A stretch of DNA of 64,000 nt from Octopus vulgaris (lineage: Eukaryota), in contig OX597823.1 of assembly GCA_951406725.2 (NCBI GenBank), positions 74,896,001 to 74,960,000 of the forward strand, written 5' to 3'. Both the position numbers and the translations under genes were made by a program. Each line of letters starts with the position of its first letter. Position 1 is the first letter of the stretch. Below the pieces are notes generated by a model. That model did no database searches and was not told the origin of the DNA. It saw only the letters and a program-made list of their open reading frames with translations. Positions 13,782 through 24,311 of the stretch are shown here, one piece after another.

Positions 13782-14823
13782 TCATGGTTAGAAGCAGACG
13801 CTACTGTTAGTGATAGTGCTCGTTTTAGAAAGCTTTGGATGAGGAATGTTTCCTTCTTCATATCTATTTCTCAAATGATGAGATGACATGCAATCACGTT
13901 CAAAAATTTATCCAATATAGGAAGCGTAATGAAACTAGAGTATGATAGAATATGACTGACGGATCTCCTTTGTTTTGTATTATATGGTGGTGTTGGTGAT
14001 AATTCTGTTTGTAGTAGTAGTGCTGAAGATGGTAATGGTTCTTGCTATCTTCTCATTGTTCAACGCAGCAGAAAAAAGTGTAATAGTTGAAGGGTAATTA
14101 ATATAAATCTTTCTTTTTCACGAGCAAAGGACATGTTGTAACGTTTCTAATTCTACTTTGTACTGAGTGTCGGGTTAATAACTGAACTAATAACAAGTAT
14201 GCTCAAATATTGTCTTGGCCTTTGTGTGTCGATTCAGAGCATGCATTGGAAAATGAGCTTAATCAATAAACATATGCGTTTTTAATATATCAAAAAATTA
14301 GGTGACTGTGATTTGACATCTATTTTATAAGTATTACTTCAAAAGTAATAATATGTTCACAATAATTATCCACCGTGCGACGTTGCGATTTCCAAACTAG
14401 CAGCAGACTGTTGACTTTGTTACTGCAAAATCGAGATATTTAACTTGGTGTCATCAACTCTTGCTACCCAGGGTAAAAATCTCCAGGAATATGTTGTTTA
14501 CTGAGGCATTTCTAGATCTAAGTCATACCAAAGGTGTGTCAGTTATAAAAGGAAAGCAAACTGAACTTGCAATACATATTTTTTAATATATTTAATATAT
14601 TTAGATATTTCTAATTTTTGAAAAAAGTGAAGAATGAAATGTAGGAGAATGTCATTTTGTTTTCTTTCTAAGGAATGTGTATAAAACGTTACTTCAAACA
14701 ATAAATTTAAATTGATGTCATAAGGCGACAAAGCATTAGAAATTGGTACTATTGTTGAAAAGATTAAATGGATACCAATAACAGATAAATAAATAATATC
14801 TCAAACGCAATTAAAATGACCCC

Positions 14824-14861
<38 letters not shown>

Positions 14862-14997
14862 GAAATATTATATATATATGTTATATAAATATTTATATAT
14901 TATATATATTATATATGTATAACTTATATATATTTATTATATATATATTATATATATCATTTATATATGATATATATATATATATACATACACACAT

Positions 14998-15030
<33 letters not shown>

Positions 15031-15035
15031 AATTT

Positions 15036-15135
15036 ACGACGTGGCTGTGTAGTAAGATGTTTATTCCCCAGTCATGTGGTTTGGGATTCAGTCCAACTGC
15101 CGGGCACCTTAGGCACATGTGCTTTATATAATAGT
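15036..15135 (+). mobile_element. Head fragment of SINE family 1
   Basis: GTGGCTGTGTAGTAAG..GGATTCAGTCCAACTGC..GGCACCTTAGGCA matches 5782-5870. Confidence 0.7.
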
Positions 15136-15209
15136 TTTCATCACGTAAGCTAGTTTTGGAGGAATACATGGCACAACTTATTGTTAAAATTATGTTAAGT
15201 TTGGATGTT

Positions 15210-15560
15210 AGTATCTGAAACCGAACTCCTGTTAAATAGAAATGGTGTAATCACAATAGACAAGGACAGAATACACAAATTCTGAATTATGGGACACTTG
15301 TTGCAAACAACGTATAAAGACCTAATAACACAATCCGCAATCACAGGCTACCAAATCTCAAGCTGGAATTGGGATTTACGAAAATCAAATTCAGATTCCC
15401 TCCTGTAATGATAAAGTTCTATTATGGAACGCATGCAAGATATTGAATTCTGTGTCAGAGATAGAAAGGATAGTACAGAGATTGGGAATGAGTCATCACA
15501 GAAAAAATTTAATTAAGGTGAAGTCAAACGATGATCTATCGGCGCTATTTCAGGCGGTGA
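15210..15560 (+). mobile_element. Possible highly decayed Penelope GIY-YIG C-terminal fragment
   Basis: Frameshifted peptides KQRYK and SSWNWDLRKSN..FCVRD resemble the PLE pattern FK.RY.NH..LS.YIW.LK..C.LC..EK. Confidence 0.3.
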
Positions 15561-15696
15561 TGGGTCCAAAGTAATACAAAATGGTGATTGAACATAATGC
15601 TACGCAGCAGCATCAAACACAATACTGCATGATTGTGAACCAAAATTCTTCCCTGTTTGCCTCCACTTCAACTACAAATATAGACGATTGCGAATA

Positions 15697-15747
<51 letters not shown>

Positions 15748-16429
15748 AGAGAGAGAGAGAGAGGTAGATAGATGCCTACATATGTGTATGTATATGCGTG
15801 CATCTTTCTCCACTTATAATTGTATGCATATATACACCTATGCCTGTATATGTATGTGTCTTAGAGGCTATTGCTAAACTTTCTAACGAACTGCCTGAAC
15901 CAATAGAGAAATAATTCATCATTGGAGGAAATTATCCTCCTGTAAATTAATAATTCATATTTACAACATATACAAACAGTTTTCGTCGCCCGCAATGGAA
16001 ACAAATGTTGACATTTTCGCCATTGAACAGATACGAAATACGAAACAGTCTCAAAAATATTTATTTTCATCTTGTACTTCCACACTTAAAAGATTAAGTA
16101 AGTGATTGACATTGTCAAGACGAATCTATCTGCGGAATTGCATCTGTATATGTATGAATAAACGAACGTTTCAGTTATGTAACAAGGAAGAAATGTATAC
16201 AGTAATGTAATCGATATATTCCAAAATTCAGAGTTGAATTATTCGTGTCTTAGAAAGGGTCAAACACATCAGTTGGATGGTGCACCCATTGAGACAAAAG
16301 AAGTACACAGCTATACGTGCGTAAACACAGTCGCATTCTCACGTCCACATACACACTTACACACCCTTATACACATATGGAAATATATCCATACATCCTA
16401 AGATTCTACGCCTTCATTTCCCCTTCATA

Positions 16430-16459
<30 letters not shown>

Positions 16460-16460
<1 letters not shown>

Positions 16461-16652
16461 TGATGAAAATGGTAAGACAACAAAAGGAAGAAAGAGACCT
16501 CGATATTATGTAAATAGAGGAATTCAACTTTGTAGAACGGTCATTTTTCATAGCATTTTTCCAATGGCCGGATAAATGAAGAACTGGCGGCGTAGATTTC
16601 CACATCGACATCCGAAACTCGGAGTTTTATCATGGCAACCGAATAATTCTTT
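16460..16652 (+). mobile_element. Short (TA)n-bounded element with decayed hammerhead motif
   Basis: GATAA-ATGAAGA-(imperfect stem)-GAAAC-TCGGA-GTT-TTATC at 16571-16631; TA repeats on both sides. Confidence 0.45.
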
Positions 16653-16693
16653 TATATATATATACATACACACATATACACACACACACACAC

Positions 16694-16772
<79 letters not shown>

Positions 16773-17532
16773 CATATGTATATATATATGTAATATGTGT
16801 ATATGTGCACCTCTGTAATGGTGCGTCGCCGTTATATTATTTAATGTTGTTGCATCAAACCACGCATTTCAACATAAGACATTATGATATTACAATATTT
16901 GTGTTACTGATATTACAATTATTACGTCGTGCAATAAGCGTAATTTTTATAGATTTAGAAACGTTCGGTTCAAAAATATATGTGCCCAAGTATTTTTCTA
17001 GCATATTTTTCTAAATATATATGTGATACCTCATCGCAGCTGAATGTCAAAATGAAACACTTATTCAATTGTTGTTATATGTATATTAGTAATAACAGTT
17101 TTCAATGGTACTATTCATCACACCGTTATTTAATTGAGTAAATGATACGATTCAATATGAAAGAAATATAAGACAATGCATAAAATAGATATGATTTATG
17201 ATTATATTTACCAGATATCATATATGGCAACTTATCATTCATTAATCTATATAATCTGTATTCAAGAAGAAGAAGGAAAGTTCTAGACTTCTAAAAGTCA
17301 TGTATTTATGTAATGGAATCAATTCATTACAGTATACTGAATAGTTCACCGAAGTAAATCCACACCATCGTAAGAAACCTCTAAAATAAGCCGTATAATA
17401 GGTCGAAATGTTTTCAGTTCTTAAAACTAGATAGCAAACGCCACACGTATAGTACACTTTCTGCAAGGCCCCACTATACAATAAACGTAATTCAAAAAAA
17501 TTTTCATGTGTACATTATGAAGAAGCATATAC

Positions 17533-17596
17533 TCTGTTTTATTCTCTTACATGTTTCAGTCATTTGACTGCGGTTATGCCGGAGCACCGCTTTTAG
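17533..17596 (-). mobile_element. 3' tail fragment of SINE family 1
   Basis: TGTTTCAGTCATTTGACTGCGG..GGAGCACCGC is the reverse complement of about 6123-6165. Confidence 0.85.
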
Positions 17597-17617
17597 TGGA
17601 AGAAAGAGAGCAAGCAT

Positions 17618-17921
17618 CTAGAAAAGTAAAGAATAAGAAACTATTTACTTAAAATATTGCAGCTAAAATTAAAATTTGAATATTAACAATTATTTAATTA
17701 TAGTTTTCAAAAACACTAAACTAATTTAAGTAGAATTTGGCTAATTTACTACCTGAAATACAGAAAAAATAGTGACTAATTAGACAAACTTCCAAATTAG
17801 CTGAACAATTTTGTAATATAAATTTAAGAGATAAGAACTCTAAAGATTGATAAATTAGAAGAACTGGCATTCTTTGCTGCAATATTTTAAGTAAAAAGTT
17901 ACTTATTCTTTACTTTACTAG
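17618..17921. repeat. Inverted repeat, 46-bp arms (3 mismatches), 212-bp spacer
   Basis: 17618-17663 CTAGAAAAGTAAAGAATAAGAAACTATTTACTTAAAATATTGCAGC versus the reverse complement of 17876-17921. Confidence 0.85.
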
Positions 17922-18082
17922 GAGTAATAGCTTCTCTTATACATTTACAGGTGTAATAACTTGTACTTTTCCACGTTAATAATCTTAAGAAAGACTTTAC
18001 ATACTCGCATTTTCCAAGTAATATATATATATATGGAAAAATTGCCAAGATCGAAAATGCTACAATGATTTTATAAAAGACA

Positions 18083-18124
18083 TTTCAGTACCGGTTTCAG
18101 TCATTCAGACTTTTTGAACTGTAA
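18083..18124 (-). ncRNA. Minimal type I hammerhead motif, U3-A8 variant, with G5C change (probably inactive)
   Basis: Minus strand: UUACAG UUCAAAA AGUC-UGAAU-GACU GAAAC CG GUA CUGAAA; palindromic ACCGGU stem III; inside a (TA)n-bounded element at about 18035-18295. Confidence 0.6.
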
Positions 18125-18320
18125 CAATTAAACAAATACATTTAGAAAAATTAGAAGAATAGTTTTTTTTTAAAGAATATTTGTATAGTGTTCAAATACA
18201 AGTGGCAGCTTCCTTGTTTCTGCCTCTCTCTGTCTCTCTTATTTATTCTTGTGGGTTCGAAGTCGTTGTGAATATATGGTAGGGAAGAAGACGAATATAT
18301 ATATATATATATATATATAA

Positions 18321-18540
18321 TGGTTGTATACTGTCAATCTAACAAGAACGTGACAGTAGGGGGTACACCACCGCTGTATAGCCCTAGGAAGCATCGAACG
18401 CCTCCTGATAGCTTTGACACATTTTTTTCCCTGTGTCCTTATATACATATACGAAGGGGCGACAAACACCGGGAGTGTTTGTCTCCCCTTCGCCCGACCA
18501 CCGTACATGTCTCTACGAGAGATTTAGAAATTCAATATTT

Positions 18541-18543
<3 letters not shown>
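18321..18543. mobile_element. Unclassified ~220-bp (TA)n-bounded element with two hairpins
   Basis: 8-bp stem 18329-18358 and 18-bp stem with 1 mismatch 18452-18492; higher GC than its flanks. Confidence 0.55.
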
Positions 18544-18604
<61 letters not shown>

Positions 18605-18610
<6 letters not shown>

Positions 18611-19716
18611 TATAAGTTCATCAAAACAATTTAGATTCAAATGAATATGGTACTTAATTTAGATGCACCAGAATTGTTTATGGTTGGATCCGGTAATTTA
18701 GTACAATTGTTTCATACTATAACAATTTATTAAAGCTGCAAATATTACAGCAAATATAATGTCAAGTAATCTTCATCTAATTTCATAGAGGTTTTCCGAT
18801 AATGTAAAGTTCTTAAATCAATTAGTAACATCTGAGAGAGTGTAAATATACCGATAAAGTTGCAGATATGAGTTTCAGGAACTTGAAGTAGGATGCCAGG
18901 CAAGCCACGATTAAGTTCATATATGTTTTCCAATAATGTTAAGTACTAATCAAATAGTAACATCCCAGAAAAGGTAAAAATACCTATAAAGGATGCCATT
19001 CAGACCAGGATTAAGTTCACATCTAACTGTTGCAAGAAAAAATTTCTTTAGTGATAGGAATGGTAGTATAGTAGGTTAAGGAAGCAGATTAGCTGGAGAA
19101 AAGAACAGAAGGGGAAAAATTTGGGGGATGTAAAAGGACAAAGACAGATTGACATTAGAAAGAAGGGTCAGTCTATTTCTATGGTGACAGAAAATTTAGG
19201 TCAGTGTGGGTGGAACATTAAATTCTTAAGAGACCGTAAGGTTGACCAAACCTTGCTTTCAAATGAAAGCCATCAGAATTTGTAGTAGGACTTAGGAGAA
19301 AGGGAGATATAAGGAAAGCTATAAGAGGGTCTTAGGTTATCGGCAGAGAAAGATACATTAAGAAAATGAAGGTTAACACTAGAATAGAAGGCTATTTATT
19401 TTTATTTTTATTTTTATTTTAACTTTTATTTTTATTTTTATATGGTAAGAAAGAATCTAGGTCACTATCTAGAGGTCAATTAAATCCAATAGCAAATGGT
19501 AGGGGAACCGTACCTATTCAAATTTATAGTGAAAGTCAGATTATAACTGGGGGAATAGTATTACATTAAATTTAGAATAGAATTGGGAACATGAATTTAG
19601 CTGAAGATTACTTGATATATTATATTTGCTGTAATATTTGCTGCTTTAATAAATTGTTATAGTATGAAACAATTGTACTAAATTACCGGATCCATTCTTG
19701 TTGCTTATTTTTTAGT
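18605..19716. mobile_element. ~1.1-kb non-coding element with ~100-bp subterminal inverted repeats (Penelope pLTR-like)
   Basis: 18685-18786 is the reverse complement of 19591-19694 with a few differences; each arm holds a hammerhead motif; (TA)n on both sides. Confidence 0.8.
19594..19684 (+). ncRNA. Type I hammerhead ribozyme motif with long stem II
   Basis: AAUUUAG CUGAAGA [UUACU..58 nt in total..AGUAU] GAAAC AAUU GUA CUAAAUU; perfect 7-bp stem I; palindromic ACAAUUGU stem III; predicted cut after 19677. Confidence 0.78.
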
Positions 19717-19732
19717 TATATATATATATATA

Positions 19733-19800
19733 GTAGCTGAAGGTGACCCGCTCTACGCGCGGGTAAGAGTGCGGTTGTTATTTTCTGTTGCTTCCTTTCA
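19733..19800 (-). mobile_element. Helitron-like 3' end
   Basis: Minus strand ACCCGC-GCGTAGA-GCGGGT hairpin, then about 9 nt, then CTAC (CTAG-like) followed by T; same layout as 29352-29380. Confidence 0.6.
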
Positions 19801-20093
19801 GCACGTAAAAAGCACCATCCGAACGTGGCGGATTGCAGCGCCGCCTTGACTGGCTTCTGTGCTGGTGGCACGTAAAAAGCACCAACCGATCGTGACCGCT
19901 GCCAGACCCCCTGGCACCTGTGCCGGCGGCACGAAAAAAGCACCCACTACGCTCACAGAGTGGTTGGCGTTAGGAAGGGCATCCAGCTGTCGAAACACTG
20001 CCAGATCGGACTGGAGTCTGGTGCAGCCTCCTGGCTTCCCAGACCCCTGTCAAACTGTCCAACCCGTGCTAGCACGAAAAACGGACGTTAAAC

Positions 20094-20120
<27 letters not shown>
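19801..20120 (+). mobile_element. 5'-truncated SINE with RTE-type tail and internal ~65-bp repeats
   Basis: GCACG(T/A)AAAAAGCACC at 19801, 19868 and 19929; TTGGCGTTAGGAAGGGCATCCAGC motif; ends AACGGACGTTAAAC(GAT)n; decayed inverted copy near 29590-29760. Confidence 0.85.
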
Positions 20121-20124
<4 letters not shown>

Positions 20125-20417
20125 CCTCTTTGTTTCTCTCTCCTTTCTCTCTCACTTTCCCACTCTCTTACTCTTCCTTTCTCTCGGACTCTCCCTCGCT
20201 TTCTCTTACTCTCTATCTTTATCTATCTCTCTCCAATTTATAAACAACAAAAGATCTTGAGTAAGTTGAGAAATAAAATATTTAGAAAGATCAATCATAA
20301 ATATCAGGCAGTAACAACGGAAAGGTCTGCTTCAAGGCAGACAGCAAAACACTAACATTTAAAAGGGACAGACGAACTTGCGAGCTGAATAAAGATAATA
20401 AAATATTGGAAACCAAA

Positions 20418-21845
20418 GTTGAGGAGGATTACTGGGAAACCATCTGGGCCAGCAGTTGAGTTTCTGTCCACTTCATCTATGGCTAGTAGGACATCTTCTT
20501 CGCTAATGTCAATACATTCTATTGTAACCGCCTCGCTTGTTATAGGTGAGACGGCAAAGACGTCCACTGGATCGTACACTTGTCTGTGTTCCAATGGGGT
20601 GGTAAAGACACTTTTGAACTGGTCATTCAGCATCTCACTGATCTTAGTTGGACTCTCTGTGAAGGAGCCATCCTTTTGGGGGAGGGGTCCTATCTTGTAG
20701 TGCACTGAGACTGTTTTTTCGCGTAATGAAAGAAGGCCTTTGGGTTTGATTTAATATTTTTTATAACCCAGGCTTCTGTGTCTGCTTTCTCCTTCACGTA
20801 GGATTGTTGCAGCCTTTTTTCGATCTCCACCAGTGTTGTGTTTAGGCGGGGCATTTCGCTACTTTTGGGCTGTTGGTTGAGACGATTTGCAACCTTCGTC
20901 CGTCGTCTCATAAGGATTTTCCTGTCTCTTGGAATCTTGCTCCTATTTTTTTGACCTTGTGCTCTGGGACATATTTCTGGCATACTGCTTGCACAGAAGA
21001 CATGAAACATTCTAGTTTCATGTCAACGTCTGGTGTGGAGAGACATTCCGGCCAGTCCTCTCTGAGGATCTCTTTTTGGATCGATTTCCAATCTGCTTTG
21101 TGGAAGTTCAGATTGGAGAGATTTCGGGTGCTTCCTTTAGGCTGTATGTCTCTGGTTACTTTTGGCCCAAACATAGACAGCTCTATTATGTGGAGATCCG
21201 AAACTGATGTCGGTGTCACTCTCACATCATGAATGATGTCCATATTGTTCGTGAAGCACAGATCCAGAATGTTATTCGCCCTAGTTGGCTTCAGTACTAC
21301 TTGCTCCATGAATAAGGCATTGGTGAGGTTGAGCAGGGACTCTACCTGTACTTGCTTGCAATGATTCATTCCTGAGAGTATGTGACCTTCGGGACATTTG
21401 ACGTTTAGGAAGTTGAAATCACCCGTAAGAAATATGGTCACGTGGTGTTCCAGATTCATGAGGATTTCTTTAATTCTTGCCTGTGTGATTTGGGGCATCC
21501 GGTGGGCAATATGTATTGCATATGGCTATATTATGTTGTCTTATGTATACAATTAAAGTGTTACATACTGAATTTGAGTATGTCATTAAGACCTGGGGCG
21601 TGAGGTCATCCCGGATGTATACAGTAACTCCACCATGGCTCCTTTAACTTCTGTCTGTTCGCAGTATGGCATAGTTTGGTATGTGTACTTCTGCGTCCTC
21701 TATATTAGGGTTGAGGTGAGTTTCCACAAGTGCTATGCATAGGGCTTGATTGCATGCTGTAACATCTCTCAGGAAAGAAATTTTGTTTCTATTTTGATGC
21801 AACAGGCCCCCAATATTTAGTAAAATTATTGTGGTGACGGTTGTG
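20418..21845 (-). mobile_element. Internal fragment of a CR1/L2-group LINE ORF2 (AP endonuclease plus pre-RT linker), frameshifted
   Basis: Motifs ILLNIGGL, LTGDFN, EQVVLKPTRANNILDLCFTN, SDLHII, NFHKADW, IKSNPKAFFHY, LNDQFKSVFT and STAGPDGFPVILL; stops before the RT core. Confidence 0.9.
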
Positions 21846-22169
21846 CAGGTGTTAGGGGAGCTCTACATTGTATACTTTATAGACAATAGTCTTTTCTTTA
21901 ATTTAATTTTTTATTATCCATCTGGACTATTCCATTTCTGCACGCTAATTTTATTTTTAATTTATTCTCATTCGTGTGAAACGACTTATTCAAGCTCAAG
22001 TCATTGATGTAATTTTATACCAATTGCTATTTTTACTTTTGCTATGTTACGATTATATTAATTATTAATTATTACTTACTACATATAATACAATTGTTAT
22101 TATTATTTTTATTGTTAAAGTGAAAATATCTGATATAAAATAGAGAAATGTTTTTGTTTCATTTTTAAC

Positions 22170-22518
22170 ACGTAATACTGAAATAGTGGAGAAGATATGA
22201 TATTGCTATGGGCTCGCTCTAGGCAAGAAGTTGAACATTTTTTGCCCATGAAATTACATGGACCCTAAGTAAGGCATGTGTAAAATCTAAATGAAATTGG
22301 TTGTGTAGTTCTCAAGTTTTAGGGAATCGTAGTGGAGATGATATGATATTGCTGTGGGCTCGCCCTAGGCGAAAAGTTCAAAATGTTTTTGCCGATAACA
22401 CTCCCCGCACCCTAAGTAAGGCATGTGTAAAATCTGAATGAAATTGGTTGAGTAGTTCTCAAGTTTTAGGGAAACACACAGACAGACAGACACACATTCT
22501 CAGTTTTATATATATAAA
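22170..22518 (-). mobile_element. Non-autonomous Helitron 5' region with two 146-bp tandem units
   Basis: Minus strand begins TTTATATATATAAAACTGAGAATGTGTGTCTGTCTGTC, similar to the start at 29092; repeat units start at 22184 and 22330. Confidence 0.75.
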
Positions 22519-22532
22519 TATATATATATATA

Positions 22533-22599
<67 letters not shown>

Positions 22600-23582
22600 G
22601 TCTGTATGTCTATGTACATTCACATATTCTCGTGAATAGCCGCAGGCAAGGCACATATTGTTGGATAAACGATTATGCGTTCATTACCTTACATATGTGT
22701 GTGCGTTGTGTGAATGTGTGTATGTCAATGCATGTGCATAAGTATATAAACATGTCAAACATACGTCGTGTTGAGGAAGAAACGAACTACAAATATATGA
22801 GAAACATAGGGGTAGTGAAACTATATTCCCTGATCAAGGCAGGTCTATAAAAAGGAAGAGTCGTTCTGTTCCTTTGGAATCACCTGCCGCTCACGACATC
22901 AATAGCTTCCCAGCATATTTTAATAAATTTATGTACATATTTATTAAGCTATTTTATAATCTATTAATATTTCTATATTAATGTTATCATTGTTGTGATA
23001 TTTAAATACTTTATATATGAGCAGTTATATACAGCTACGTATATAGGTGGATATGTTTGCATGAGTGACTTTGACTGAATGGGAGAACTTGATAATTTAA
23101 TGTCATGAAATCGACAATTTTTCTGCGTAATGTTAATAAGATTTGTAAACGTGAAACGATAACAAATTGAAAATATAGATTTATAGAAAGTTAATCGCTC
23201 CTCAGACACTCATATTTTATACTTCTTATTGAATATAAATACACTCGCACTATATAACATATAACATGTTTGAAATCATACATTTTCGCAATGCGATACA
23301 AATATTTTGAAATAGAATTATTATATACCCCTATGTAAAATTTGAGTAAGAAAGAGTAGTGAAATTTCAAGTTGAGGTTTATGTACGCCATTCTATGTAG
23401 ACGAAGCAATTGATATTATGAAGTGATTTCACGTATCGAATTGAACTACTCAATATAGAACTAAGTTTAGTGGAAGCAATACTGTGTAAGCATATCTCAC
23501 TATACTCTATCATACTTGCAGTACTATAAAGGATTATATGAAACAGCAATAAGAATGATGTGCTGCAAATATATATGCATGC

Positions 23583-24225
23583 AAATTCTGGCGTTTGTTG
23601 AAATTTTATTGAGAACACTCTTTGTGGTAAGGCGATTTGACGTCTATCTTTAGCATATTAGAAATACACTTTGGTGGTCATTCCTCCTATTTTACATGTA
23701 ATAGAATTTTTAATCTGTGGATTTTTAAATATGGTAAGGCACTAGTTTTAATTGATGTTAATTGACTAAGATCAATTTCTACCCTCATTATTGAATTTCT
23801 AAATAACAATGGTCTCTAATCGGTAAATTAGCTGCAGAAATTTATTAACTGCAGAGTTATTTCCGGCCTCAGTACGCCAAAATGAAGACATTTGAAAGAT
23901 ACCACCAAATATAAAATGCAGAACATTATACATATACTCTTTTGGGTAAGCGTTCTGTGTATAATTCTGTAAATGTGTTTGTTTTGTAAGCAAAAGACTA
24001 CGCTGATGATGAGTTTACGGATATTTAAATTCGTAAATATTAACAAACGAAAATATGATACACAGGAAATCGTTTTATTTTGTATATTTTCATTTGTCTT
24101 GCTCATTTTTAAATTCTGGAGTCTGCTGAAATTTTCTTGAGAACACACTCTTCGTCGTAAGGCGATTTGATGTCTATCTTTAGCATATTAGGAATCCACT
24201 TTGGTTGTCATTCCTCTTATTTCGC

Positions 24226-24230
<5 letters not shown>
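23583..24230 (+). repeat. Dispersed direct repeat of ~115 bp (23583-23700 and 24111-24230)
   Basis: Shared AAATTCTGG..GAGAACAC..GTAAGGCGATTTGA.GTCTATCTTTAGCATATTAG..CACTTTGGT.GTCATTCCTC. Confidence 0.85.

Positions 24231-24311
<81 letters not shown>

Noticed and set aside
12920-13886. Long ORFs (137-287 aa) rich in I, V, T, L or Y
   Set aside because: Open in several frames and on both strands only because trinucleotide repeats lack stops; no domain
19801-19945. Three GCACGTAAAAAGCACC-like repeats with spacers, superficially CRISPR-like
   Set aside because: The spacers resemble each other and lie inside a SINE; eukaryotic context with no cas genes
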